A stretch of DNA of 64,000 nt from Chrysemys picta bellii (lineage: Eukaryota): NCBI RefSeq assembly GCF_011386835.1, contig NC_088796.1, positions 111,848,001 to 111,912,000 on the forward strand, in the 5' to 3' direction. Shown here piece after piece: positions 12,547 to 26,495 of the stretch. Position numbers and translations under genes: made by a program. The first letter of the stretch is position 1, and every line of letters starts with the position of its first letter. The notes beneath the pieces are model-generated. The model saw only the letters and a list, made by a program, of their open reading frames with translations. It was not told the origin of the DNA and did not search any database.

Positions 12547-12558
12547 CTACTCCGCAAA
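12547..12558 (+). CDS. Candidate 12-nt microexon CTACTCCGCAAA
   Basis: About 25 nt of T-rich tract ending CTTCAG, then 12 nt, then GTAAGC. Frame-preserving and stop-free in all phases. Confidence 0.3.
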
Positions 12559-13469
12559 GTAAGCCTGAGTCCACCATTCAAAATAGTGTCTTCCTTAAAG
12601 ATTTTGAAGTGAATGATATTGAGGTGAATGACATGGCAAGCTGATAATCCTAACTGTGTAATGGCACTTATCACCATTTAAAATCATTATCAGTTTATTT
12701 TTATAGAGCTGTATACATTGTAACATTAGTTATGATACCTGTGCTTAACTTAATTACGTTGATATACTGATGCTGTCAGATATCATTACTAATACTTTAC
12801 AGCACAATGTAAACCCACTCAGTGTGTCTGCACATCAGAGAAGAGACATTATGATGTTTATAGCCAGCGAATTAGTTCTTGAAAACTTTAAAAACTTCTT
12901 CTTGAAATGTGCCTTAGGCAGTAAACATATTGTTCTTGTTTGGGGAGTAGAATTTTAATTTCATTTTTGTCTCCACTGGCATCATACTAACAAGGAATGA
13001 ATTGGACTTCTGCAGGTGAAAGGTGAAATAAAACAAACCAAGAATGATGGAAAGAGGAAAAACATGCAGCCAGAGTTTTAGCAAATATTCAGAGTCTAAA
13101 GAAAGACACTATCCACAATAAGATAAAAATGAAACTGACTATACTATTTAAAAGTGCTTAAATATTAAAAAAAACCCAAAACATTTAAAATATAGAAGTT
13201 GTCAGAAGTGAATGAAAATACAATTAAATCTCTGTTAGCTAAAATATTGGGATTGAGATTTTCAACCCCAGCATTTATTAATTTTAATGGGAGAGAGGTG
13301 TCAATCCTTTAGACAGCTCTTAAAAGGTCAACTTGAATAATACATTTTTTTACAGAGACATAACATTTGTAAGTGCAGACAAATGAGAGGTTTTTCAGGA
13401 AATAAAACTTGTTTTCAAGAATATGAAAAGTTTTGAGTTTAGTATTCTAAGATCATGTTGTTTTTAAAC

Positions 13470-16224
13470 TAACAAAATCATCCAAAGCACAGGACTTGGT
13501 GGTGTTGAGGGATTCAACTACTCAGTCATCTGTTGGGAAAACAACATAGCAGGGCACTTTCTTGGAAAGTACTGGAGACAATTTTTTATTTCAGAAGGTG
13601 GAGAAAGCTACTAGGGGAGAGGCTGTTTTGATTTGATTTTGACAAATAGGGAGAAACTGGTTGAGAATTTGAAAGTGGAAAGCAGGTTGGGTGAAAGTGA
13701 TCATGAAATGATAGATTTCATGAGTCTAAGCAATGGTAGGAGGGAGAACAGCAAAATAAAGACAATGGATTTCAAGAAGGAAGACTTTTGCAAACTCAGG
13801 TAAGATCCCATGGGAAGCAAGTTTAAAGGGAAAAACAATGGAAGACATCTGCCCCAGTTTTTCAGAGACCTTATTAAAGGCACAAGAGCAAACTACCCCA
13901 CTGTGTAGGAAAGATAGGGAGTATGGCAAGACACCACTTTGGCTTAACCAGGAGATCTTCAATGATCTAAAAATCAAAAAAGACTCCTACAAAAAGTGGA
14001 AACTAGGTCAAATAATAAAGGATGAATACAAAACAAATAACACACGTAGGTAGGGACAAAATTAGAAAGGCCAAGGCACAAAACGAAATCAAACTAGCTA
14101 GAGGCATAAAGGGTAACAAGAAAACATTCTCCAAATACATTAGAAGTAAGAGGAAGACTGAGGAAAGGGTAGGCCCGTTACTCAATAGTGTGGGGAGGAA
14201 GAGGGGGGAAATAACAGAAAATGTGGACATGGCAGAGGTGCTTAATGACTTGTTTGTTTTGGTTTTCACCAATAAGGTTGGTGGTGACTGGACATCTAAC
14301 TTAGTGAATGCCAGTGAAAATGAGATAGGATCAGAGGCTAAAATAGTGAAAGAATGAGTCAAAAATTACTTAGACAAGTTAGATGTCTTCAAGTCACGAG
14401 CACCTGATGAAATGCATCCTAGAATACTCAAAGAGCTGACTGAGGAGATATCTGAGCCATTAGTAATTATCTTTGAAAAGTCATGGAAGATGGGAGAGAT
14501 TCCAGAAGACTTGAAAAGGGCAAATATAGTGCCAATCTATAAAAAGGGAAATAAGGACAACCCGGAGAATTACAGACCAGTCAACTTAACTTCTGTACCC
14601 GGAAAGATAATGGCGCAAATAATTAAGCAATAAATTTGCAAATATCTAGAAGATAATAACATGATAAATAACAGTCAGCATGGATTTGTCAAGAGCAAAT
14701 CTTGTCAAACCAGCCTGATAAACAGGGTAACAAGCCTTGTGGGTATGGGGGAAGTGGTAGACGTGGTATATCTTGACTTTAGTAAAGCTTTTGATACTGT
14801 CTCGCATGACCCTCTCATAAACAAACTAGGGAAATGCAACCTAGATGAAGCTACTTTAGGGCGGGTGCATAACTGGTTGGAAAGCCATTCCCAGAGAGTA
14901 GTTATCAATAGTTCACAGTCGTGCTGGAAGGGCATAACAAGTGGGGTCCTGCAGGGATCAGTTCTGGGTCTGGTTCTGTTCAATATCTTCATCAATGATT
15001 TAGATAATGGCATAGAGAGTACACGTATGAAGTTTGCCAATGACATCAATCTGGGAGGGGTTGCAAGTGCTCTGGAGGATAGGATTAAAATTCAAAATGA
15101 TCTGGACAAACTGGAGATATGGTCTGAAGTAAATAGGATGAAATTCAATAAGGACAAATGCAAAGTACTCAACTTAGGAAGGAACAATCAGTTGCACACA
15201 TACAAAATGGGAAATGACTGCCTATGAAGGAGGACTGCGGAAAGGGATCTGGGGGTCATAGTGGACCACAAGCTAAATATGAGTCAACAGTGTAACGCTG
15301 TTGCAAAAAAAGCAAACATCATTCTGGGATGTATTAGCAAGAGTGTTGTAAGCAAGACACGAGATGTATTGTATCAGTTCCAGGCACCACATTTCAGAAA
15401 AGCTTTGGACAAATTGGAGAAAGTCTGGAGAAGAGCAACAAAAATGATTAACGGTCTAGAAAACATGGCCTATGAAGGAGGACTGAAAAAATTGTGTTTA
15501 TTTAGTCTGGAAAAGAGAAGATTGAGAGGGGACATGATAACAGTTTTCAAGTACATAAAAGGTTGTTACAAGGAGGAGGGAGAAAAATTGTTCTTCTTAA
15601 CCTCTGAGGCTAGGACAAGAAGCAATGGGCTTAAATTGCAGCAAGGGAGAGTTAGGTTGGACATTAGGAAAAACTTCCTAACTGTCAGAATGATTAAGCA
15701 CTGGAATAAATTGCCTAGGAAGGTTGTGGAATCTCCATCATTGGAGATTTTTAAGAGCTGGTTAGACAAACACCTGTCAGGGATGGTCTAAATCAGGGGT
15801 CGGCAACGTTCGGCACGCGGCTCGCCAGGGTAAGCACCCTGGCAGACCGGGGCAGTTTTATTTATCTGCTGACATGGCAGGTTCGGCCGATCGCGGCCCC
15901 CACTGGCCGCGGTTCGTCGTCCCGGGCCAATGGGGGTGGCGAGAAGCCGCGGCCAGCACATCGCTCGCCCGCGCCGCTTCTCCCCGCCCCCATTGGCCCA
16001 GGACAGCGAACCGCGGCCAGTGGGGGCTGCGATTGGCCGAACCTGACGCGTCAGCAGGTAAATAAAACTGGCCCGGCTCGCCAGGTGCTTACCCTGGCGA
16101 GCCGTGTGCCGAACGTTGCCGACCCCTGGTCTAAATACTACTTACTCGTGCCATGAGAGCAGGGGACTGGACTAGATGACCCCTCAAAGTCCCTTCCAGT
16201 CCTATGCTTCTATGATTCCATGAT
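13470..16224 (+). mobile_element. 5'-truncated CR1 LINE with decayed ORF2 (APE end + RT), interrupted by a hAT MITE
   Basis: Track peptides include [44 protein letters not shown] and KFANDINL (decayed FADD). 3' tail CTATGCTTCTATGATTCCATGATT. Confidence 0.97.
15794..16128. mobile_element. hAT (Charlie-like) MITE, 335 bp
   Basis: TIR CAGGGGTCGGCAACGTTCGGCAC / GTGCCGAACGTTGCCGACCCCTG. Perfect 8-bp TSD GTCTAAAT at 15786-15793 and 16129-16136. Confidence 0.95.
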
Positions 16225-16838
16225 TTATTATGACTTTTTTGAATTTTCCATCAAATAGCACATAAAAGGAGCTTTATAGAGTTGCAGGCCCTGCAGAAAT
16301 ATGGATGTGTGTTGAACTTGATGATTCTGATTACATAATTTGCACCAATGGATGCTGAAACTGCCAATTTACGGTGTAACACAATACTCATGATATTATG
16401 TAAATAATTCTAAAGATTTTTTCAGAATCTTGAAAAGAAAAAGGCCAAAATTAAGCTGATATTAAGATTACTTTGAAAGTAAAAAAAGTGAAGCTATGTT
16501 GATGTTTATTAAGCACCATATCTTACTCAATATAAAGAAATTCTTCATGGGCCCATGAGAATATAGGAACTTATATGTGGAAGAGGTTGAGTATAGGATA
16601 TTCTCCACCCATGGTACTAGAAAGAAAATGGAGTGCCACTTACCACAAAGCTAAGGATAATTAAAGAAGTTATTTAGCTCACAACAGTATTGGACTCTGA
16701 ATCTAATGTATCAAGGCATAACATAAAAAGAGATTTTTTTTTAAAATGGGCTGTTCCTAATATATTACAATTTTATGCAGAACTTTTCATGATCTCCTCT
16801 GCTTCAATGGGGGCTTCATTGTTGCTCAGCCTTACCTA

Positions 16839-17252
16839 GGGTAAAATTCACTCCATCCACAGAAAGCATGAATGGTCAGGTTCTATGCAGGTGAAATGCA
16901 CAGGGTTGGAGAGGTGAAACCCAATCTCCAAGTCAGGGCCCGGGTCCAGGGCTTCTATGCAGCCCTCTGCCCCTAGAGCTGTTCCACATTATGCTATCCG
17001 AGCCCACTGTGTGGATCATTGAAGCCACTGAATCCCCGTAAATGGGGATCCCCAGACTTACTGTGGCTCAACCCTTCTTATGGTCTACCATGCAAGTGAA
17101 AGGCCAGCATGGAGATGCTGTCATTGGTGTGTAGGAAGTGCACAGATACTTCTGCAGAGTCACTCACCAATGACTCCATTGCAAAGCCACTCTGTGGTTC
17201 TTAAATGGTGCAGAGGACCTTGAACCAGCTTTCTTCATGGAGTATTTCACCT
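16839..17252. mobile_element. Old foldback/MITE-like element
   Basis: Imperfect terminal inverted repeats GGTAAAATTCACTCCAT ... ATGGAGTATTTCACC. Confidence 0.4.
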
Positions 17253-20200
17253 TACATTGAACATCACATAAGTATTCTTTGGTGGTTGTTTTCTTCAAGG
17301 CTTTTTGTGAAGAATTTCATTTAATCAAAAATGATTTACTCAAAAATAGTTTCAAGGGAAATATTTCAACCAGCCCTAATCTTGGTGTCTCATCAGGGAG
17401 GTCTGTGGTGCAACACCCAGGATGAACCTGGCCTACTGTTTTACCGTTACCATAATGTATAATCTCTCCCTTTGGGCTTGGTTATTGTTGGTTTTCAGAT
17501 TCTGCACTGCTGTGCCTGAAATACACATTTTTTCTCTGCTGTTATCTAATCTCAATAATATTGTTTTGCAGCATCGGTGAATGTGCATTTTGTCTTCTTG
17601 CATAGCTGATTTGGAGAACTCCAAAAACAGCCTGCTCTAATGTTTGAATAAAGTTTTGCAAGGGCAAATTTACTTTCAAGTTACTACAATTCAGTGAGTT
17701 TCTATCTTCCTTAATTTGATCCCTGCCAGTCCATGTCTCTTCATTACACTTGGGTCAGCAACTTTATCCCCCACTTTAGAACTGAAATGCCTTGTAATCA
17801 GAAGCACACTGGGCAAATTCATCCCCAGCGTGACTCCACTGCAGTCAAAGGACTTACACCAGGGATGAATTTGGCATAATGTCAATGAGTTACTGTTTTC
17901 GGCTCTCTGGCTCTTCATTTTTATCACCCTTAGCTGCTCCTGTTGGTATTTAAACTTGAATGGTTGTCAGATTTATTGATGTTGTTTTGAAGGGGAGAGG
18001 GTTAAATAAACTTGACACTGGCTAGATTACGTCCAGAATAAATGCCACTTTTTATTCAGCTCTCTCTTCTATCTTCACACACCGAACCAAACCAAACCAT
18101 ACTGAACCAAAAGTATATCTTGATGCGAGGTGGGGGGCTAACCACATACAATATCCATTAGAATAAATATGAGAGCAATGTGGCTTAAACCTCATGCCCC
18201 AAATTCAGAATATAACCCATGAGCTTCCTTCCGCGTAGTGGTGAAGTGCATGCAGCTGGTTTCTAAAAACACAGAAAAGTTTGTGATGTTGATCTTTCTA
18301 TTATATAATTCCCAGTTATTACAGGGTTTGGCTGTTCCATACAGTGATCTGATTTTATGCCTTTGCACTTCCTTTTCCTATGCTGACATCATCAGGAGCT
18401 CATGAAGGCTTTGGTGCTGCTCTATCATCATCTTGGCAAATCATTTTCAAAAAATGTCACTGACTTCTATGGGCACTATTGAGAGTTCCTAGGGCTTTTT
18501 CTAGCATAGTGGTTAATGTAAACACAGGGCCTATGGCATGAAGGGGATCTTAAACCAGCTCTAGGGGCAGATGAGAATTCCTCCGGTGGAGAGGAATCCA
18601 CAGCTAGTGTAAAGCTGACTAAGCGTTCCATGTTCAAGGGGCATGTCAAGGCTGGCTAACGATGGGGTGGAAGTATAAGAGGGGCCAGAAGGGGTTGGGT
18701 TACAGGGTAATATACTCTGCAGGTCCTTGGCCAGCAGAATGGTGCCTAAGAGGTCATTCTAGCCAGTGTAAATTAGAGCAGACCTGTAGTTCCTTGAAGT
18801 TGTGCTAGAGTCTAATTCATCCGCGGCAGGTCACTGAATAGCAAATGTGACAATGTGCTCTAGTATCTAAATACACTCACACATCGTGGGACCTCAGGAT
18901 AGTGAAACTGAGTAAAGTGAATATCCACAGATATGGCTTGATTGTGACTTGAACCACATGAGGGAGTAAGAACCCCCTTTACATCCTTCAACACAGGGCC
19001 TGAGCATGCAGGAGTAAGTGGGTGCAGCATGCCTGCTTACTCCCTGCCCTGGTACAACTGGATAAGGAGTGAGCAATGAGGTGCTGGGAATAGGCAGAAC
19101 CATCTCCCTATGCCCAACCCCCAATCACTATCCAGCGGAGCTCAACTAGCACTGAGCTGTCATAATTTGCTGCTGCTGCTATAGGCCAGCACTAAATTGC
19201 TACTACCTGAGGTGAACCTGAGTCACAGTGCCTCCTGGAGTTGTTCCTGGGATGATGCAGCTCACGCACCCCTTTAGCTCAGGGCTGTGCTGAAAGTAAA
19301 TGAATACTGTGACTTGTTTCAATGTATTGCAATGTGCAAATTGAAGTTCTAGGACATCTGCTTACAGGGATGCTGTTCCATGGAACACCAAAAACATCAC
19401 TAACAGAAGGTTCACTCTCTCTCTCTCTCTGTATCATACCCACACACGGAAACAGCAGTGACCTTGCTAAAGGAAAAAAACAATGTCTTCATAAAAAATT
19501 CACTCACTTTATAAACAAAGAAAATATAAAAACAAATGTAGTTCGGAAGACATAAAGCATGTTCTTACAACAGATCTATTCCCTAAAATAGGTCAGCTTT
19601 CTACTTTACCTTTCCATGTGGTGGAACAGTGGAATTTTATTCTTTTAACTAAATTATTAATGTATTTGATATTCATGCAAAGGAGCTTTGTTGCATTTTA
19701 GTGAGAGTTTTGTTGAGCTAACAGAAATAGAGTTCTTTCTTTCACAGAGATTTTCCTTTCATAGTGATTCTTCATAGTCACTATATTCTCCTTCTCCTTT
19801 AAATACACCCACCCACCCAACAGAAGTATATTTTATCCTTTGGGGGGAGGAATGTGTGTATATGTGTTTATATGATATACACACACACGCTCTAAATGGT
19901 AAACAGTGATCATTTAAAGCCATAAAATAGCATTTCAGGGGGGAAAATAAACATTAGTGGTGTAATTCAAGAACGTCTAAAATAGCAAACAATTATCCAC
20001 TGTGTCTGGAGCAGTAAAGATGGATAATATAGCAATGTGATTTAAAAATTGATCTTAGTTCCACTCAGCTGAGCATAAAGGAAAATATATGACCTGCTGA
20101 AGAGACATAGTGAGCCTGCAGCATATAGTATATCACTGCCACAAGTTAGAAAAGGCTTTAAAAAGACCTTCCTACTAAGAATGTAGTTTTCTCTCTGCGG

Positions 20201-23200
20201 TAAATTTCTAGCTAGACTTTTACTTGACCTTGAAAATCTAAAAGTGTAATCAATGATCATTGAATAACAGCTGTACCAGGTACAGTGCAGCGCATACTTT
20301 TTTCCCCGTGCATATTTACAGATAATGCAGCAGCACTGGTGTAGGGGTATGACTGTCACATCTTCAAATGGGCAGTAAACCATCTTTTCATGATGCCACA
20401 AACCACAGCCGTGGGTATTTTCAATCATGTTACCACTGCAGACTACTAGTGACTTACAGCTGGTAGGCTGTTATTTATTTCAGACACAGAAGGCCAATTT
20501 TTCAGATGATCTCCATGCACAGCAGTCCCTGTTTACGCACCTGAAAATCCAGCCTCTGATTTAGAACTCAGCTCTCATTTAGGCAACTAACTGAAGTGAC
20601 CAAGATTTTCAACAAGTGCTCCACATTCAGCAGTTCTCAGAAGGCGCTGTTGGCTGCTGAGTTCCTTTGAAAGGCCAGCCCCTCAACAGTAGACACCGAG
20701 CACTTTTGAAAATCTGTCCCAGAGATTTCAAATCTCATACCAAGACACTGTCACACAGCCTAATAAATTGCTGATTTATATTGATAGCTAAAAATGGATG
20801 TAATTGCTGATGGACATAACAGATATTGGACCAGATCCTTAGCAGTTTTCGGATGGTGTAATTTCCTTGACTTCAGAGGAGTTAGATTGATTTACACCAG
20901 TTGAGGATTTGGCCCGATTTTTAAGTGCCCTTTAAATTTATGATGTTGTATAACTATGTATCATTATAAATAATAACAACATTAGAAGAATGTCACTGAT
21001 ATGCTCTCTATCTGTTACTGTATGTTTCTATTGTATGAACAGAATCAAGCAGACAGTACAGTATGGTATTTTTAGCAATCAATGAATGATACTGAACCAA
21101 ATAATTCACTACTTTAGTTGCTGGGCTTTCCTGCTGTCAGCACAAAGAACCCAGTGAGAATGCTGAGATTTCACATCTTTCACTTCATCTTTTATGCTGA
21201 TCTTAACAAGTTAAGTGGCCATCCTTTCCACCTTTATAGAAATTGCACCAAGGTCCTATTTTTGTTTTTTAAATCCCTATTTATTTGTGGAACTAAAAGG
21301 ACAATATATATTATAGCTAGTATACATTGGTCTTTTACCAAAGACATCTACAAAGCAAAGGTAACTTCATGGAAAATACAGATCTTCACAGCACTTTCAT
21401 GCAGCTCATCATCATACAACTGTGTTCTATTTTCTATAGTCTTTTGTCAGAATTGAAAAAGAAGAAATCTATTTTCATCCAGATCCTCTCTACCTCAAAT
21501 GAGAAATCTATGGAGGAGTCTACATTCCATTAGTTGAATAACCATTAATCAGACCAGAGCTTACATAATGCCGCAGAAAATTTACAAAAGAAGCTAGCCT
21601 ATCTCCAAAGGTCAAATTCTGATAACAGCTAATATTAATTTATTATTTATGATTTTTAGAAATACTTCCACCAGCAGCATTTCAATGGGGGGTTACATAG
21701 GTGTAACTGGGAGCAGACTTTGGCCCCGTGTCATTATTTTCAAACTGTCAAATCAAGTCTTCATTTGATCAGTGCTTTCTTTCAGTTCAGTTCACCAAGG
21801 CAAGAGATTTGGACTTATCTCCTACACAAAAGTTCCTTGATGACTGACAGGAGCCATGCCACAACTCTGGGTCACTTGTAGGTACTGGTCTCTCTCCCAT
21901 GGGAACAGCTCTGTCCTACTGAGACATCCTAAAGAGAGCTAGTTCTAGCACTGTCTCATATTCGACCTGTTTGCTTTTCTTTGGAACATACCTATCCCAC
22001 AAGCTTCATCTGCTAGTCAGTCACTGAATGCTTGACACAAATCTTTCTTTGGTAAGGGAAATGGAGACATCTTGTCCATTTCTAAGCACTTGAGCAAAAT
22101 AATTTTTCTCCCAAATAGTCCATCTCTGATGCATCATTAGGAATTCCAAGTACTTACTAGATATTCTAGTTAATTAAACAGAGCAAAAGACAATACCACC
22201 ACCTTTAAACTTGTGCAATTCTATTGAATTCACTGGAGTTAGGCTGCTATAAAACTGGTGAAAGTGAGATCAAAATCAGCTCCAATTTCTTTTTGAAAGT
22301 TTTCCCATGGACAGCAGACTGAGTTACAGCTGCCTACAGACAAACGATTAAACCGACTGCTAACCCAGACAGCATCCTCCCCCCCCAAAAAAAACTTTTG
22401 GAAACACTTATGGAAAGCCCTCTAGAACTCAATAGGGATGAAGCCAGTAAGGTTGTGTAGAAATTGCTTTGAACACTTGTACAATTTAATAGAGAATACA
22501 ATAATTTCTATAGGATTTTTTGAACCACCCTACTACAGACACACCAATCTTTGTTCAGTTCTGTAGGGTGTTTCAAAAACCTATTCAAAGATAATTTTCT
22601 ATTAACGTCTCTAAGGACTTATCCATAAGGGAAGACAGTGGAATTTGCACACACTAAAGCTGGCAAATTCATTTCTGCAAATTTTCCCTCAATATTTGCA
22701 TCTCCCATCTGTCTAGTTCTTTTTTCTGAATGGTTCAAAGTCCTTCTGTCAAAGCACACAGAAAGAACTCTCTCCATACACTTGTAGGTGTTAATGTTAG
22801 TGTACAGTAAAGTAGTGGTATTATAGTTCCATTGTTCCTAATATGGTGAGAGAGAGAGAGCCACTCTAGTGTGGCTGACTGCCTAGGTTATTCTCTCTAA
22901 ACTACCCTATCTATGTAATGAGAGGAAATGTAATTTTTCAAGCTATCTGCTCACTTAGTTGGAGATCTATGACTGATGTATTAGGAAAAGTATACACAGC
23001 TTGGTTTAGTGTTATCTTTTTTATACTGATCACTTCATGGAACTAGTTCTATATCCTGAGGACCCCACTGTGGAGCCCTTATCTTGGAGAACCCTGAGGG
23101 TGCAATCTCGCCCCGTTAAAGTTTATGTGAGTTTTGCTATTAACTTTAATGGGGCACAATTTTACCCTGAGGGCTTCCCATTCAGTTCAATGAGATTTGG

Positions 23201-23419
23201 ACCAGGTCTTTCCAATATTCATGCAAGAAATCCCACAGATTTCAGTGGGAATAGTTGTGTGAGTAAGATTTCATTCATTATTCCTATGTAAAAGCCACTT
23301 CCCTGACTGCTATTTGAAAAAAGCTAAATGGGAAGCTCTTCCATGCACATGGCTGGGCAGTTCAGATAGAATGGAAATGGCCTAGGCACCCATGAAGTCC
23401 TCCCTTTGGCTTAACTATT

Positions 23420-23591
23420 CCAGCCCCCGCAAGTGGCGGTAGCTATGTCGGTGGGAGAGTTTCTCCTGCCAACACAGCGCTGTCTACACTGGCACTTAGG
23501 GCAGTGTAACTTCTGTCGCTTGGGGGGTGGTTTATTCACACCCTGGAGCAACATAAGTTATGCCGACATAACCTGTAGTGTAGACAAAGCC
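23420..23591. mobile_element. PIF/Harbinger MITE, right part
   Basis: Ends TGTAGTGTAGACAAAGCC followed by TAA, typical of a Harbinger TIR and TSD. An internal GTCTACACTG copy is present. Confidence 0.7.
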
Positions 23592-23683
23592 TAAATATGG
23601 CAACAACTGAACCACTAGGAGGCTACTTTGAATGCTACCTTTTCCTCTGAAGTATGAGCACACAGCTGCTGCATTCAGTAGCA

Positions 23684-23994
23684 CAGGGGTCGGCAACCTT
23701 TCAGAAGTGGTGTGCCGAGTCTTCATTTATTCACTCTAATTTAAGGTTTCACGTGCCGGTAATACATTTTAATGTTTTTAGAAGGTCTCTTTCTCTAAGT
23801 CTATAATATATAACTAAACTATTGTTGTATGTAAAGTAAATAAGGTTTTTAAAATGTTTAAGAAACTTCACTTCAAATTAAATTAAAATGCAGAGCCCCC
23901 CAGACCTGTGGCCAGGACCCAGGCAGTGAGAGTGCCACTGAAAATCAGCTCGCGTGCCGCCTTCGGCACGCGTGCCATAGGTTGCCTACCCCTG
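23684..23994. mobile_element. hAT (Charlie-like) MITE, 311 bp
   Basis: TIR CAGGGGTCGGCAACCT / AGGTTGCCTACCCCTG. Perfect 8-bp TSD CAGTAGCA on both sides. Confidence 0.95.
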
Positions 23995-24608
23995 CAGTAG
24001 CACTTCAGAGGTGGCTGGGGTTCTTCTCAGGTTTCAGTTTCTGTTAAAGAGTCAAACCAGTAGTCGTAAACTGCTTCAGATTTAATGTGCCTTTTAACAG
24101 AAGCTAAAACCTGAAAGGAAACCAGCCTCCTCTGAATTGCTGTTAAATATGGCAGCAGGGGGTGGGAGCTGCAAAGGGGTGAATGGAAAGGGAAGTAGGA
24201 TTTTTTGTGTGCTCTAAAAGAACTGCAGGATTTAGGCTTAGCCTGCTCTCCCCCTATTCTATTTTGGAATAGTGGGGAAAGGTTTTTCCATTCTTTTTCT
24301 TCTGAGTATGCTTGGGTGAATGTAAAACTGACTTCTTTATATTTACATTTTTTATATAAATAAGACGATCAGGTGATGACTCTGTTGTGGCAATGGAATG
24401 CCTATATCCCCTGGGAAAGATTTAAATCTTCCTATTTAGTTTATATTTTACCAGCTTTAATATTTAATTCTATGTTTTTACTTCATTTAACAAATTTATT
24501 TCTATACATATTTATTTAGCACGCACCACACTAGCATCTGAGTGCCATGAACTTGTTTAAAATGCAGTTCTTACCATTTAAAAAGGACAGTATTGGTCTA
24601 TGACTGCC

Positions 24609-24995
24609 TGTGGCAGGGTGCTGCTACAGAAGCCCTTAATCAGCTCCTGCCACTCCAGCCCCAATCAGGGAGAATGGATTGAGGCTGGGTGAACCGCCCT
24701 ATGTTTGCCTGGTAACTGACCACACCTGCCAGCCTCATTAGCAGGAGCTATGAGGCTGGAAGGAAGTGAGCGAAAAGGGGGGCAGAGCGGGAGGTCAGGG
24801 TCAGAGGGAGTAGGAGCCTCCTAGTCTGTTCCTGGCCAGGCTGTTGTAAAGCCTGTACATTGTTGGAAACTGGTGGTGGGAAACTGATCATGAATAAAGA
24901 ACACGGGTGTTGCACCAGATTGAAGTGTCCCTGATTCACGGAGGAGAGTGGCTAAGGGACCCAATCCGGAGGGGAGCAGTGTGAACCCCGTTACA
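24609..24995 (+). mobile_element. Solo LTR (387 bp)
   Basis: TGTGG...TTACA termini, AATAAA at ~24892, near-perfect 5-bp TSD CTGCC/ATGCC. Confidence 0.75.
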
Positions 24996-25273
24996 ATGCC
25001 ATTCAATGATATCTAAGATATCAAAGTTTTCTCCTATACCTAATCCAGGATATAGAAGTGGTAAGTGTATTGTAACTGTTGACTTTTTAAATGTTCAGTA
25101 CATATAGGGTCTGATAACAGTTAAACTAGTGTCTATCCAGAGTATTACGCTAAATGGGCTTACAATGATGTAAATCAGAATCAGGCAATAGAACACAAAA
25201 TTGGTAAACAGAATGAAAACCTAACTTTACTCCAACTACCACTAACAATTCACTTTGTTACACGGCAAGTATT

Positions 25274-26495
25274 AGAACATAACATAAGAATGGCCATACT
25301 GGGTCAGACCAAAGGTCCATCCAGCCCAGTATGCTGTCTACCAACAGTGGCCAATGCCAGGTGTCCCAGAGGGAGTGAACCTAACAGGTAATGATCAAGT
25401 GATCTCTCTCCTGCCATCCATCTCCACCCTCTGACAAACAGAGGCTAGGGCCACCTTTCCTTACCCATCCTGGCTAATATCCATTAATGGACTTAACCTC
25501 CATGAATTTATCCAGTTCTCTTTTAAACCCTGCTATAGTCCTAGTCTTCACAACCTCCTCAGGGAAGGAGTTCCACAGGTTGACTATGCGTTGTATGAAG
25601 AACAACTTCCTGGATTTGTTTTAAACCTGCTGCCCATGAATTTCATTTGGTGGCCCTTAGTTCTTATATTATGGGAACAAGTAAATAACTTTTCCTTATT
25701 CAATTTCTCCACACCACTCATGATTTTATATACCTCTATCATATCCCCCTTAGTCTCCTCTTTTCCAAGCTGAAAAGTCCTAGCCTCTTTAATCTCTCCT
25801 CATATGGGACCCATTCCAAACCCCTAATCATTTTAGTTGCCCTTCTCTGAACCTTTTCTAATGCCAGTATATCTTTTTTGAGATGAGGAGACCACATCTG
25901 TACGCAGTATTCAAGATGTGGGCATACCATGGATTTATGTAAGGGCAATAAGATATTGTCCGTCTTATTCTCTATCCATTTTTAAATGATTCCTAACATC
26001 CTATTTGCTTTTTTGACTGCCACTGCACACTGTGTGGACGTCTTCAGAGAACTATTCACGATGACTCCAAAATCTCTTTTCTGGTTAGTTGTAGCTAAAT
26101 TAGCCCCCCATCATATTGTATGTATAGTTGGAGTTATTTTTTCCAATGTGCATTACTTTGCATTTATCCACATTAAATTTCATTTGCCATTTTGTTGCCC
26201 AATCACTTAGTTTTGTGAGATCTTTCTGAAGTTCTTCACAGTCTGCTTTGGTCTTAACTATCTTGAGCAGTTTAGTATTGTCTGCAAACTTTGCCACCTC
26301 ACTGTTTACCCCTTTCTCCAGATCATTTATGAATAAGTTGAATTGGATTGGCCCTAGGACTGACCCTTGGGGAACACCACTAGTTACCCCTCTCCATTCT
26401 GAAAATTTACCATTTATTCCTACCCTTTGTTTCCTGCCTTTTAACCAGTTCTCAGTCCATGAAAAGATCTTCCCTCTTATCCCACAAGAACTTAA
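25274..26495 (-). mobile_element. CR1 LINE 3' portion (RT C-terminal half + 3' UTR)
   Basis: Minus-strand peptides KFADNTKLLKIVKT...WQMKFNVDKCKVMHIG and [16 protein letters not shown]. Tail is the reverse complement of (CTTATGTT)n. Confidence 0.95.

Noticed and set aside
13701-15791. Cluster of long ORFs (up to 188 aa) on both strands
   Set aside because: These are fragments of CR1 ORF2 and their antisense shadows, not host genes. The same applies to 42043-44830 and 50456-51743.
17606-17652. Acceptor followed by xDLENSKNSLL* and AATAAA 7 nt later
   Set aside because: Only 10 codons, easily produced by chance, with no independent support.
20042-20428. 128-aa Cys-rich minus-strand ORF
   Set aside because: No domain pattern, no convincing splice boundaries, and composition typical of non-coding AT-rich DNA.
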